DNA of 56,948 bases from Pedosphaera sp. (GCA_031414955.1 JANOQV010000132.1:1-56948); one strand, 5' to 3'; positions 8,234 through 18,500 are shown, counted from the first letter of the stretch. A program made the numbers and translations. The notes: generated by a model not told the origin, from the letters alone.

Positions 8234-10519
8234 ATGAGCCGCCGCATTGAAATCTCCGCCGCCGACCGGCTGAAGTCCGCCATCCCGTTCGGGATTGGAC
8301 GGACCAAGCCGGCGCACTTTCGCTCCATGCTCCAGGTGGCGTGGGAGAACCGGGACAATCTCGGCTACGCCTGGAAAGTGTTGAGCAAGGGGGTGTGCGA
8401 TGGCTGCGCGCTGGGCGTGGCGGGTTTCCACGACTGGACGATTGAAGGCACGCACCTGTGCATGACGCGGCTGAACCTGCTGCGGCTGAACACCATGCCG
8501 GCGCTTGATGTGAATTTGTTATCTGAGATTTCCAATTTGAAATCTCTGTCCAATGCCGAGTTGCGCGAACTTGGCCGCCTCCCCTGCCCCATGCTGCGTT
8601 CGCGCGGCGACAAGGGCTTTCGCCGCATCTCGTGGGAGGACGCTTACGCCCGGATCGCGAAGCGCATCCGCGCCAGCACGCCCGAACGACTGGCCTTCTT
8701 CGTCACTTCGCGCGGCGTGACTAACGAGGTCTATTACATGGCACAGAAGGTTGCCCGTTTCCTCGGCACCAACAACGTCGATAACGCCGCCCGCCTTTGT
8801 CATTCACCCAGTGGTGCCGCCATGAAGCATGCGCTAGGAGTCGCGGCCAGCACTTGCAGCTACAAGGACTGGTTCGGCACGGACCTGATCGTTTTCTTCG
8901 GCGCGAACCCGGCCAACGACCAACCCGTTACGACCAAGTATCTGCACCTAGCCAAGAAACTCGGCACCAAGGTGGTGATGGTGAACCCGTACCTGGAGCC
9001 GGGCATGAAGCAGTATTGGGTGCCGTCCAACGCCGACAGCGCGCTCTTCGGCACGAACATCACGGACTACTGGTTTCCCGTGTCGCAGGGCGGCGACATC
9101 GCCTTCATCTACGGCGTGCTGAAGATTCTCGTCGAGCGCGGCTGGGTGAATCAGGATTTCATCGCCAAGCACACGGTGGATTTCCAGTCTCTCAACTCTC
9201 AACTCTCAACTCTCAACTTCCCCGACCTCGAACGCGCCAGCGGCCTGACGCACGCCGACATGCAGGAATTCGCCGAACTGCTGCGCGACGCCAAGAACGC
9301 CGTCTTTGTCTGGAGCATGGGCATCACCCAGCACACGCACGGCGGGGATGGCGTGTCGATGATTCTGAACCTCGGCCTCGCCCGCGGCTACGTGGGCCGC
9401 GACAAGAACGGGCTGATGCCCATTCGCGGGCACTCGAGCGTGCAAGGCGGCGCGGAGATGGGTGCCTATGCCACGGCTTTCCCCGGCGGCAAGGCCATCA
9501 ATGCGGAGAACGCCGCCTGGCTCTCACGCGAATACGACTTCGAAGTCCCGCCCGAAAACGGATTGAATGCCGTCGAGATGGTCGAGTCCTGCGCACGCGG
9601 CGAACTGGATTTGCTTTACTGCCTTGGGGGAAATTTTCTCCGCACGCTGCCTGAGCCGGATTACGTCGCGAAGGCGATGGCCAATGTGCCTCTGCGTGTG
9701 CATCAGGACATCATCCTCACCGATCAAATGTTCATCGAAGCGCAGGAGGAAGTTTTGCTGCTGCCGGCCAAGACACGCTACGAACAGGACGATGGCGGAA
9801 CGGAGACGACGACGGAGCGCCGTGTTATTTTCTCGCCAGAGATTTCGCGCCAAGTTGGCGAAGCCAGAGCGGAATGGAAAATCCTGCGGGAACTGGCGGT
9901 TGCGGCCTTCCCCGAGCGCGCCCACCTGCTGCGTTGCGAAACCGGCCAGGCCATGCGCGAGGAGATTGCGCGCGTCGTCCCGTTCTACGACGGCGTGCAG
10001 CATCTCAAGAACGGTGGCGACCAGTTTCAATATGGCGGGCCGCACCTGTGCGCCGATGGAAAGTTTCAGACCAGCGATGGGAAGGCGCACTTTCGGGTGG
10101 TTGAATTGCCGGAAGTGGTAGAGCGAGGTGTCCTCAACGCGACTGGTGCCGATCCGAAACGCTCGCGGCGCGCTGAGGACAGCGCGCCCTACCAGTTCAT
10201 GGTCAGTACCCGGCGCGGCAAACAATTCAACACCCTCATCTACGCTGAGGTCGATCCGCTGAACGGCGCGTCCCGCGACGCGGTGCTGATGAACGCCGAG
10301 GACGCGGCGGCGTTGAACTTGCGCGACTCCGAGCGCGTCACACTCGTCAACGACACCGGCCGTTACGAAGGCCGCGTCTTCCTCGCCGCCATCGCGCGCG
10401 GCAACCTGCAAATCCATTGGCCAGAAGGCAACGTCATCATCCCGCGCGGACGGAACGACACGCTGGGCGGGGTGCCGGATTACAACGCCACTGTGCGGGT
10501 GGAAAAGACGCCGGCATGA
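8234..10519 (+). CDS. FdhF/YdeP-family molybdopterin oxidoreductase (formate dehydrogenase alpha-like)
   Basis: CDGCALG, ARLCHSPS, GANPANDQP, WSMGITQH, PIRGHSSVQG and STRRGKQFN motifs. ATGA-coupled to fdhD. Confidence 0.9.
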   Translation: MSRRIEISAADRLKSAIPFGIGRTKPAHFRSMLQVAWENRDNLGYAWKVLSKGVCDGCALGVAGFHDWTIEGTHLCMTRLNLLRLNTMPALDVNLLSEISNLKSLSNAELRELGRLPCPMLRSRGDKGFRRISWEDAYARIAKRIRASTPERLAFFVTSRGVTNEVYYMAQKVARFLGTNNVDNAARLCHSPSGAAMKHALGVAASTCSYKDWFGTDLIVFFGANPANDQPVTTKYLHLAKKLGTKVVMVNPYLEPGMKQYWVPSNADSALFGTNITDYWFPVSQGGDIAFIYGVLKILVERGWVNQDFIAKHTVDFQSLNSQLSTLNFPDLERASGLTHADMQEFAELLRDAKNAVFVWSMGITQHTHGGDGVSMILNLGLARGYVGRDKNGLMPIRGHSSVQGGAEMGAYATAFPGGKAINAENAAWLSREYDFEVPPENGLNAVEMVESCARGELDLLYCLGGNFLRTLPEPDYVAKAMANVPLRVHQDIILTDQMFIEAQEEVLLLPAKTRYEQDDGGTETTTERRVIFSPEISRQVGEARAEWKILRELAVAAFPERAHLLRCETGQAMREEIARVVPFYDGVQHLKNGGDQFQYGGPHLCADGKFQTSDGKAHFRVVELPEVVERGVLNATGADPKRSRRAEDSAPYQFMVSTRRGKQFNTLIYAEVDPLNGASRDAVLMNAEDAAALNLRDSERVTLVNDTGRYEGRVFLAAIARGNLQIHWPEGNVIIPRGRNDTLGGVPDYNATVRVEKTPA
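9190..9217 (+). repeat. Heptamer tandem repeat (TCTCAAC)4 inside a CDS
   Basis: Directly visible; translated as ...LNSQLSTLN... A second, degenerate 7-mer run (ATCTGAG ATTTCCA ATTTGAA ATCTCTG) lies at 8521-8548. Confidence 0.85.
10116..10194. repeat. REP-like doublet (GTAG-type inverted pair) inserted in frame in the oxidoreductase gene
   Basis: TGGTAGAGCGAGGTGTCCTCAACGCG...CGCGCTGAGGACAGCGCGCCCTACCA: inverted arms bounded by GTAG/CTAC. Confidence 0.75.
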
Positions 10520-11325
10520 GTTCGTCGCGCAAGGTGATCCTTCGTTACGGCGCAGGTCGCCTGCGCCGCGAAAAGGACGAACTCGCCGTCGAGGAACCTC
10601 TGGAGATTCGCTTGGACACCAGACCGCTCGTTGTGACCATGCGCACTCCGGGGCACGACGATGAACTGGCGGCGGGATTTCTCCACACGGAGGGACTGGT
10701 GCAGACGCGCGGCGACCTAAGGGCCATCCGCCGGAATCCGCGCAACCGCGCCGGCAACAGTCTGGATGTGTTTCTTTCTGCGGATGTCCCCGCGGATTTG
10801 TCGCGCCTGGCCCGGCGCGGCTATGCCTCCTCCAGTTGCGGCCTGTGCGGCAAGGAATCCATCCAAGCCTTGCAGCGCCGGCTCAAAGCGATCAGTTCGC
10901 GACTGAAGGTAAATCCAAAACTCCTGGCGGGCCTGCCGGAAAAACTCCGGGCCGCCCAACCCACCTTCGAACGCACTGGAGGCTTGCACGCTGCGGGCAT
11001 TTTCACGCCCGAGGGCGAACTGATCGTGGCGCGAGAAGACATCGGCCGGCACAACGCGGTGGACAAGGTGATTGGCTTTGGGTTGTTGCACGGTCTGCTG
11101 CCGTTCGATCGCCACATCCTCGTGGTGAGCGGGCGAGCCTCGTTTGAGATTCTTCAGAAATCTCTGGCCGCGCGCATCCCGATCCTGTGCGCGGTCTCGG
11201 CCCCCTCAAGTCTGGCGGTGGAGTTCGCCCGCGCCAGTCGGCAGACGTTGATCGGCTTCCTGCGTGCGGAACGCATGAACATTTACGCTGGCGCAGGCCG
11301 CGTGCGCCCCATGGTCTCCAGTTGA
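10516..11325 (+). CDS. fdhD: Formate dehydrogenase accessory sulfurtransferase FdhD
   Basis: LAVEEPLEI, TMRTPGHD.ELAAGFL, SSCGLCG, TGGLHAA, REDIGRHNAVDK and SAPSSLA motifs. ATG at 10516 overlaps the upstream TGA. Confidence 0.95.
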   Translation: MSSSRKVILRYGAGRLRREKDELAVEEPLEIRLDTRPLVVTMRTPGHDDELAAGFLHTEGLVQTRGDLRAIRRNPRNRAGNSLDVFLSADVPADLSRLARRGYASSSCGLCGKESIQALQRRLKAISSRLKVNPKLLAGLPEKLRAAQPTFERTGGLHAAGIFTPEGELIVAREDIGRHNAVDKVIGFGLLHGLLPFDRHILVVSGRASFEILQKSLAARIPILCAVSAPSSLAVEFARASRQTLIGFLRAERMNIYAGAGRVRPMVSS

Positions 11326-11545
11326 AGGCAGGAGCCACAGAATTTAGAGGAAAGAGGAGTGCCGCAGTTCGGACGGCATGTCTGCCCCGCAGTGGCACCG
11401 CCCGGGGTTCCTGTTCACACGGCGCGATCCTCGCCCCCTCGACACCGGATTGTCACATGACAGTCTGGGGCCACTGCTCCAAGAATTTCAGGGTTTGAAA
11501 CTCAACTTGATCCAACCACGCGCAGCGGCGTTGTGGGCCTGACTT

Positions 11546-12526
11546 ATGGCTGATAATTCTGGTCGTAACTACGTCATCGGGGTTGATCTCGGGGGCACCA
11601 AAATTCTGGCCGGCGTGTTCGACCTCAAGATCCAGCCGATGGGTGCGACCAAATTCAGCACCAAGGCCCAGCGCGGGCCGGAGGCGGTCATCGAGCGGGT
11701 CGCGCGCTGCGTGCAGGATGCGATTGACGAGTGCGATCTGAGCCTGAAGCAGGTTCGAGCGGTGGGAATTGGAGCGCCAGGTGCGGTGGATCCAGAACAT
11801 GGTGAAGTTATCTTTGCGCCCAATCTGGATTGGAAAGACGTGGCGATCGTCAAGGAGCTGGAGCAGCGGCTCGAGCTTCCGGTGTTTCTCGAGAATGACT
11901 GCAAAGCGTGCATGCTGGGCGTGTACGAGCAGGAGTTGAAAAGCAAACCGCGGCATGTGCTGGGCATTTTCATCGGCACCGGCATCGGTGGCGGGCTGAT
12001 CCTCAACGGCGAGTTATACGGTGGCTCCAGCCACACCGCCGGAGAACTGGGCCACATGGTCCTGGATGTGAACGGCCCCAAGTGCAGTTGCGGCAACAAG
12101 GGCTGTTTCGAGGTCTTTGCCAGCCGGACGGCTATTTTCCGCGCCGTGCAGGCGGCGATCAAAAGCGGCCAGAAGAGCGTCCTCACGGAAATGCTGGGCG
12201 ATGACTTGAAAGATTTGCGCAGCGGCGACATCCGCAAAGCCATTCGTCGCGGCGACAAGGTGGTGGAGAAAATCGTCGAGGAAGCCGCCGATTACACCGG
12301 CATCGCCATTGGTAACCTGATCAACCTGCTCAATCCCGAAGTGGTCGTATTGGGTGGAGGCGTGATCGAGGCTCTGGCCGATGAAATGATGCCGACCATC
12401 GTGAAGAGCGCGAAATCACACGTCCTGACGGGCAACCTGCGCAACGTCGATATCATCGCCTCGAAGCTGGGCGACAACGCGGGCATCACCGGTGGGGCCG
12501 TGCTGGCGCGGGAGAAGACCCGATAA
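11546..12526 (+). CDS. ROK-family sugar kinase (glucokinase-like)
   Basis: GVDLGGTK, LEND, IGTGIGGG, AGELGH, C.CG..GC.E zinc motif, and GDNAGITG. Confidence 0.92.
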   Translation: MADNSGRNYVIGVDLGGTKILAGVFDLKIQPMGATKFSTKAQRGPEAVIERVARCVQDAIDECDLSLKQVRAVGIGAPGAVDPEHGEVIFAPNLDWKDVAIVKELEQRLELPVFLENDCKACMLGVYEQELKSKPRHVLGIFIGTGIGGGLILNGELYGGSSHTAGELGHMVLDVNGPKCSCGNKGCFEVFASRTAIFRAVQAAIKSGQKSVLTEMLGDDLKDLRSGDIRKAIRRGDKVVEKIVEEAADYTGIAIGNLINLLNPEVVVLGGGVIEALADEMMPTIVKSAKSHVLTGNLRNVDIIASKLGDNAGITGGAVLAREKTR

Positions 12527-12596
12527 GGGACAGGCTCAGTGGATTGTAATCCGGCGGACGGACAAGGGAGCGAAACAGCCTCGGCGGATTCACCGA

Positions 12597-14732
12597 TTAT
12601 TTCCAAGGGCTGGGCAGCAGTTCCACTGTGGGCAACCGCCGCACCCGCGTGGTCTTCTTACGCTCCGTTTTCACCACCGCCTCCAGTCGGTGTATGAATT
12701 CCATCTGGCTCCGGCAGGATTTCTCCTCCTTGCCAGGATGGGCGCGCGCGTAGGTCCCGTCGGCACGCAGCAGCCAGGCCTTGGTATTGTCGGCGAGGAA
12801 CAGGGGGAAAATCTGCTCGCAGATGTGTTTGCGCAAGGCTGGTTCCTCGATCGGAAATGCTATTTCGAGGCGGCGAGCAAAATTGCGCGGCATCCAATCC
12901 GCGCTGGACACAAACACCTGGGGGTGACCGGCGTTGTCAAAGCAGGCGATGCGACTGTGCTCGAGGAAGCGATCCACAATGCTGCGCACGGTGATGTTGG
13001 CACTGATCCCCTTCACGCCTGGCCGCAGGCAGCAGATGCCGCGGATGACCAGTTCAATCTTCACCCCGGCTTGTGAGGCCCGGTAGAGCGCCTGGATGAC
13101 CTGGGGATCAACCAGGGAATTCATCTTCACCTTGATGCCCGCGGGCAGTTTTTTGCGCGCGTTCTCCGCTTCGCGATCGATCAAGGCGATCATCTTCTCA
13201 TGCAGCTCAAAGGGCGCGATGAGGAACTTGCGCATCTCCTGGAACTGGCCGATGCCGGTGAGCAGATTGAAGAGGTTGGTCGCGTCCTCGCCGAAATCCG
13301 GCCGGCAAGTGAAGAAGCCCAGATCGGTGTAAAGCTTGGCCGTGGTCGGGTTGTAGTTGCCCGTGCTCAGATGCACGTAGCGGCGGATGCCGTCGTTCTC
13401 GTGCCGCACCACGAGCATCATCTTCCCGTGGATTTTGTAGCCGACCAATCCGTAAACAACATGCACGCCGGCCTCTTCGAGTTGGCGCGACCAGTGGATG
13501 TTGTTGGCCTCGTCGAACCGGGCCCGCAACTCCACCACGGCCGTGACCTGCTTGCCGTTCTTCACCGCATTCATCAAGGCACCGATGATGCGCGGGTCAC
13601 CCCCCGTGCGATAAAGCGTCTGCTTGATGGCCAGCACCTTGGAATCTTCCGCCGCCTGTTCGAGGAACTCGACCACGCTGTTGAAATTTTCGTAGGGGTG
13701 ATGCAGCAGGATGTCGCGTTCGGCGATGGCGGCGAAGAGATCGCGCTTCCCGCGCAGGGCCGGGGCCGTGGCGCCGATGAAGGCTGGGTCGCGCAACTCC
13801 GGCGAGTGGTCGCCGTGATAGATGGCCATCAACCGGGTGGGGTTGAGCGGGCCGTCGATCAGATACAAATCCTCCTCGTCGAGCCGCAGCGTGCCGAGCA
13901 GCGCCTTGCGCACCTCCGGCGGGCAGATGTGTTCGACCTCCAGGCGCACCGCGTCGCCCTTGCGCCGGTTGTGCAGTTCGTTCTCCACCGCCTTGAGCAG
14001 GTTCTCGATGTCCTCCTCGTCGATGTACAGCTCGCTGTTGCGCGTGACCCGGAAGTGGCAATAGCCCAGAATCCGTGTGCCGGGAAACAGGTCAGCCAGG
14101 AAGTGCCCGATGATCTGGCCCATGAAAACGAAGTCGGCGCGGGTCTCCTGGCGCGGCAGGCGCACCAACCGCGGCAACACGCGGGGCACCTGGACGACCG
14201 CGAGATGTTGCAGCGTCTGGTGGTGTTGCGTCATTTCCAACTGCACGATCATGTTCAGCGACTTGTTCAGCAGTTGCGGAAAGGGATGAGCCGGATCGAT
14301 GGCCAGAGGCGTCAACACCGGACGGACCTGGGCCAGATAATACTCCTTCAACCAGCCCAAGTCTTCCGCGCTCAATTGGTTGACTTGCAGAAATTGAATG
14401 CCGCGCGTGGCAAGTTCCGGCAGCAATTGCTCGCGCCAGCAAACGTATTGCTCATCCACAAGCTGATGGACTTGCTTCTGGATGGCTTGAAAGCGTTCCG
14501 TCGCCGTCAGGCCGTCCACGCTCTGGCCCACCACTTCGCTCTCAATCTGCTGCTTGATTCCGGCCACGCGCACTTCAAAAAACTCGTCCAGGTTGGAGCT
14601 GAAAATGGAGAAAAATTTCACTCGCTCCAGCAGTGGAACAACTGGGTCGCACGCTTCGGCCAGCACGCGACGATTGAACTCCAGCCAACTCAGCTCTCGA
14701 TTCAGAAAATGCGCGGGCGCAAATGAACTCAT
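12597..14732 (-). CDS. ppk1: Polyphosphate kinase 1
   Basis: FLNRELSWLEFN.RVL, SSNLDEFFEVR, HPFP, LHHPY, KQTLYRT, ELRARFDE, KIHGK, TGNYN, RSIVDRFLEHSR and SADWMPRN. Confidence 0.97.
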   Translation of the reverse strand: MSSFAPAHFLNRELSWLEFNRRVLAEACDPVVPLLERVKFFSIFSSNLDEFFEVRVAGIKQQIESEVVGQSVDGLTATERFQAIQKQVHQLVDEQYVCWREQLLPELATRGIQFLQVNQLSAEDLGWLKEYYLAQVRPVLTPLAIDPAHPFPQLLNKSLNMIVQLEMTQHHQTLQHLAVVQVPRVLPRLVRLPRQETRADFVFMGQIIGHFLADLFPGTRILGYCHFRVTRNSELYIDEEDIENLLKAVENELHNRRKGDAVRLEVEHICPPEVRKALLGTLRLDEEDLYLIDGPLNPTRLMAIYHGDHSPELRDPAFIGATAPALRGKRDLFAAIAERDILLHHPYENFNSVVEFLEQAAEDSKVLAIKQTLYRTGGDPRIIGALMNAVKNGKQVTAVVELRARFDEANNIHWSRQLEEAGVHVVYGLVGYKIHGKMMLVVRHENDGIRRYVHLSTGNYNPTTAKLYTDLGFFTCRPDFGEDATNLFNLLTGIGQFQEMRKFLIAPFELHEKMIALIDREAENARKKLPAGIKVKMNSLVDPQVIQALYRASQAGVKIELVIRGICCLRPGVKGISANITVRSIVDRFLEHSRIACFDNAGHPQVFVSSADWMPRNFARRLEIAFPIEEPALRKHICEQIFPLFLADNTKAWLLRADGTYARAHPGKEEKSCRSQMEFIHRLEAVVKTERKKTTRVRRLPTVELLPSPWK

Positions 14733-14944
14733 TGGGGTGATTCTATCGCCCAGGCACTGGTTTGGTGAAAGCCTGGCGAGGTTACGTTACCGTGACAAGC
14801 GGAAGGCTCGCCCAGACCGGCAAGTGCAGAGGTGCCGGCTCGCTCCCAACCATCCGGCACCCGTTGGATCAGATGTTCAGAAATGTCACACCGACTTCAC
14901 CGGGCCGCTGCTGGCCTGGCATCGAAGGAGGGAATGTTGCCTCC

Positions 14945-15352
14945 ATGCGCGCCACCATTTTAGTCGTTGATGATGAACCTGATGTCGTAGACCTGATCGG
15001 TTTCAACCTGCGCACCCATGATTACGAAGTGCTCTCCGCACATGACGGCCTCGACGCTTTGAACAAGGCCCGACGCCTCCTCCCCGACCTGATCGTGCTC
15101 GACGTGATGATGGAGGGAATGGACGGGCTGACCGTGTGTGAGATCTTGCGCGCGCAACCCTCGACCAAAAACATCCCCGTCATCATCCTCACCGCGGCGG
15201 TCGGAGAAATGGCGCGGCTGAACAGTGTGGCGGCGGGCGCGGCGGACTTCCTGAGCAAGCCCTTCAGCCCGAGTGACCTGGTGCGCCGGGTCGATCACTT
15301 GTTGTCCGTCGCTCCGCCCAGCGACGCGGATGGTGGTTCCATCAGGTTTTGA
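14945..15352 (+). CDS. Single-domain response regulator (receiver)
   Basis: ILVVDDEP, LIVLDVMM..MDG, ILTA and SKPF; no output domain. Start taken at ATG 14945. Confidence 0.88.
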   Translation: MRATILVVDDEPDVVDLIGFNLRTHDYEVLSAHDGLDALNKARRLLPDLIVLDVMMEGMDGLTVCEILRAQPSTKNIPVIILTAAVGEMARLNSVAAGAADFLSKPFSPSDLVRRVDHLLSVAPPSDADGGSIRF

Positions 15353-15845
15353 GACGGGCCAGTTGCTTGGCCTGGAGCAGCCACTCCAGCCGCGCACCGG
15401 GGCGGCGGCGAAATGTTTCGACCGTCAGGAGGCACAGGGACCCTTTCCGCAACTTCCATGCTTCCGGGGTGCCTGCGCTCAGCAGCCTGGTCAGCGTCCG
15501 GCTCAATTGTGGCTCATGGCCGACCAACATTACGCGGTGCGTCCGGGGCAGCGTGGCGAGGTGGCGGATCAGACTGGCGGGATTGGCTTCCGGGGTCAGC
15601 AGTTGCGTCAGTTTCAAATGGCGGCGGCACGTTAACACCTGGGCTACGAGAGCGGCCGTGTCATGCGCGCGCACGTAAGGGCTGGAGAGAATCAGATCGA
15701 AGGACAATCCCAGCGCGCGCATGCCCCGGGCCGCAGCACGCATTTTCTGCCGGCCTTCCGCAGTGAGCGGACGCAAGTCATCGTTCTGGCCGCCAAACTC
15801 AGTCCGCTCGACGGCGGGACCATGCCGCAGGAGATACAATTTCAT
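15342..15845 (-). CDS. sixA: Phosphohistidine phosphatase SixA-like (histidine phosphatase superfamily)
   Basis: MKLYLLRHG.A, D..RPLT.EG, SSPYVRA..TA and LVGHEP. Confidence 0.85.
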   Translation of the reverse strand: MKLYLLRHGPAVERTEFGGQNDDLRPLTAEGRQKMRAAARGMRALGLSFDLILSSPYVRAHDTAALVAQVLTCRRHLKLTQLLTPEANPASLIRHLATLPRTHRVMLVGHEPQLSRTLTRLLSAGTPEAWKLRKGSLCLLTVETFRRRPGARLEWLLQAKQLARLKT

Positions 15846-16022
15846 GACCTGGCAACGGTGACCGTTTGGCACCACTTATTCCATCAAGCAATCATGGGCT
15901 CCGGGAAGGCATCGCTCGCCATACCCGGCCCAAGGAATCCAACTAAGCGCACAAGCAATTTGTGACTTGGGGGCAAACTACGGTTTGTTTTCAAAACAAG
16001 CGCTGCTTAGATTTGCCGACCA

Positions 16023-18500
16023 ATGAAATTCCCGTGCCCTGCGCTCTGCGCTCTGTTCGTCGCGCTGGTGGCGACCGCTGAGGCGAAGCTCTCGCCCGAG
16101 CAGATCGCGAAGCTGCCCGCACCTGCTCAGGTCCAAATTGATTTCGCCCGGGACGTGAAGCCCATCCTCGACCTCGCCTGCGTGAAGTGTCACGGCAAAG
16201 GCAAGGAGAAGGGCGGCCTCTCGATTGAGACGAGCGCGTCGTTCCTCAAGGGCGGTGACAGCGGTTCGCCCATTGTCGCGGGCAAGAGCGCCGAGAGTCT
16301 GCTCATCGAACTGGTCGCGGGTTTCGATCCCGAAACCGTGATGCCCCAAAAAGGCTCGAAACTGAAGCCCGGCGAAATCTCGACGCTGCGCGCGTGGATC
16401 GATCAGGGCGCGAACTGGCCGGCGGACATCACCTTTAAGAAGGCGGCCATCAACAATCTGCATCCGCGCCGGGTGGATTTGCCCGTGGTCCAAGGGGGCG
16501 GGAATCCGGTGGATCGCCTGCTTGTCTCTTACTTTTCCACCCACCGCGTTTCGGCCAAGGACATTATCGAGGATGGCACGTTTGCCCGGCGCATTTATCT
16601 CGATGCGGTCGGCGTGTTGCCGACGCCCAAGGAGTTGGACGAATTCCTGACCGACCCACACGCGGACCGACGCCTCCGGCTCGTGGAAAAATTGCTCGGC
16701 GACAACCGCCGTTACGCCGAGCACTGGCTCACCTTCTGGAACGACCATCTGCGCAATGATTACAAGGGTGCGGGCTACATCGACAATGGGCGCAAACAGA
16801 TCACGCCCTGGTTGTTCTCCGCGCTGCTCACCAACAAGCCGTATGATCAGTTCGTGGCGGAACTGGTGAACCCAACCAAAGAGTCCGAGGGCTTCATCAA
16901 CGGCATCTCCTGGCGCGGCGCCGTCAACGCCAGCCAGATCCCGGTGATGCAAGCGGCGCAGAGCGTGGGCCAGGTTTTCATGGGCGTGAATCTCAAGTGC
17001 GCGTCGTGCCATGACAGCTTCATCAACGATTACACCCTCGCCGATGCTTATGGCATTGCCGCCATCTTCGCCACCAACAAGCTGGAGATCGCGGAATGCG
17101 ACAAGCCCACCGGCCAGTTCGCCAAGGTGAAGTTTCTCTACCCCGAACTGGGCGAGATCGATCTCACGCTGGGCAAACAGGAGCGCACGCGGCGACTCGC
17201 GGAAATTCTTACCTCGCGCCAGGGCGGCCGGCTCACGCGCACTGTGGTGAACCGGCTCTGGGCGAAGTTCATGGGCCGCGGACTCGTCGAGCCAGTGGAT
17301 GAAATGGACGCGCCCGCCTGGAACGTCGACGTGCTCGACTGGCTGTCCGAGGATCTGGCCGATCACGGCTACGACCTGAAGCGCACCATGAAATGGATTC
17401 TCACTTCGCGCGCCTATCAGTTGCCCTCGGTGAATCTCGGCGAACACACGGAAAATCAGTTCGTCTTCACCGGGCCGGCCATCCGTCGTCTGAGCGCCGA
17501 GCAATTCCGCGACGCGCTTGGTGGATTGACCGGCGTTTACTACGAGAAGCCCGCCTTTACCGCGGAGGCCGCCGGCCTTGGTGCCGCGAAATTCCCCAAG
17601 GCGGCAAAGTGGATTTGGAGCGAAGCCGACGCCGAAAAGAAGGCGCTCGCGGAACCGATTTACCTGCGCAAGACCTTCATGCTGGCAGCGCTGCCCAAAA
17701 GGGCGCACGCAGCGGTTGCTTGCGATAACAGCTTCACGCTTTTTGTGAACGGGAAAGAGATCGCCAGCGGCAAGGATTACGGTCAGCCGAACTTCGTGAA
17801 CCTGCTGCCGCACCTCGTTCCCGGTGAGAACACCATTGCGGTCGCGGCCATCAACCACACGCCCGAGAACAAAGTGCCGCCCGCCGGCGAGGCTCCGAAG
17901 GAGAGCGAGGCGAATCCCGCCGGGTTCATCTTCGCGGCGCAATTGCGTGGTGCGGAACTGACTGAGATTGTTTCCGACAAATCTTGGAAAGTCTCAAAGG
18001 CCTTGGATCCCAGATGGCACTCGATGCCATTCGACTCCGGCACATGGAGCATGGCCGCTGAACTGGGAGCCGCCAACATGGCACCTTGGAAAGTCGGCTC
18101 CAAGCTCGACACCACCTTGGCGCTGGCCGAGGAACACGGCACGGTGCGCGCAAGCTTCGTGGCCGCCGACCCACTGGCCGTGGCCCTGGGACGTCCGAAT
18201 CGCGAACAGATCACCACCACTCGCCCGAGCGCGGCGACGACCTTGCAGGGCCTCGAACTCACCAATGGCGAAACGTTGAACAAGATTGTGAAGCGCGGCG
18301 CGCAGAAATGGCTCGCGGGAAGCAAGCTCAAGACGGATGACGTTGTGAACGAAGTCTTCGCGAAGTCGCTGGGCCGGAAGCCGACGAAGAACGAAATGAA
18401 AATGGCCGCCGAACTGGTTGGCACTCCCGCGAAGCAGGAAGGCCTGGAGGATTTGCTCTGGAGTGTGGCCATGCTCCCGGAGTTTCAATTGATTTACTGA
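16023..18500 (+). CDS. DUF1549/DUF1553 (PSD1) protein with planctomycete cytochrome c domain and an inserted sugar-binding-like domain
   Basis: Signal peptide; DFARDVKPIL..ACVKCHG; RRIYLD..G..PT; NKPYDQFV; CASCHD; VNRLW..FMGRGLVEP.D; LTSRAYQ; RRLSAEQ.RD; EDLLW......EF. Confidence 0.9.
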   Translation: MKFPCPALCALFVALVATAEAKLSPEQIAKLPAPAQVQIDFARDVKPILDLACVKCHGKGKEKGGLSIETSASFLKGGDSGSPIVAGKSAESLLIELVAGFDPETVMPQKGSKLKPGEISTLRAWIDQGANWPADITFKKAAINNLHPRRVDLPVVQGGGNPVDRLLVSYFSTHRVSAKDIIEDGTFARRIYLDAVGVLPTPKELDEFLTDPHADRRLRLVEKLLGDNRRYAEHWLTFWNDHLRNDYKGAGYIDNGRKQITPWLFSALLTNKPYDQFVAELVNPTKESEGFINGISWRGAVNASQIPVMQAAQSVGQVFMGVNLKCASCHDSFINDYTLADAYGIAAIFATNKLEIAECDKPTGQFAKVKFLYPELGEIDLTLGKQERTRRLAEILTSRQGGRLTRTVVNRLWAKFMGRGLVEPVDEMDAPAWNVDVLDWLSEDLADHGYDLKRTMKWILTSRAYQLPSVNLGEHTENQFVFTGPAIRRLSAEQFRDALGGLTGVYYEKPAFTAEAAGLGAAKFPKAAKWIWSEADAEKKALAEPIYLRKTFMLAALPKRAHAAVACDNSFTLFVNGKEIASGKDYGQPNFVNLLPHLVPGENTIAVAAINHTPENKVPPAGEAPKESEANPAGFIFAAQLRGAELTEIVSDKSWKVSKALDPRWHSMPFDSGTWSMAAELGAANMAPWKVGSKLDTTLALAEEHGTVRASFVAADPLAVALGRPNREQITTTRPSAATTLQGLELTNGETLNKIVKRGAQKWLAGSKLKTDDVVNEVFAKSLGRKPTKNEMKMAAELVGTPAKQEGLEDLLWSVAMLPEFQLIY

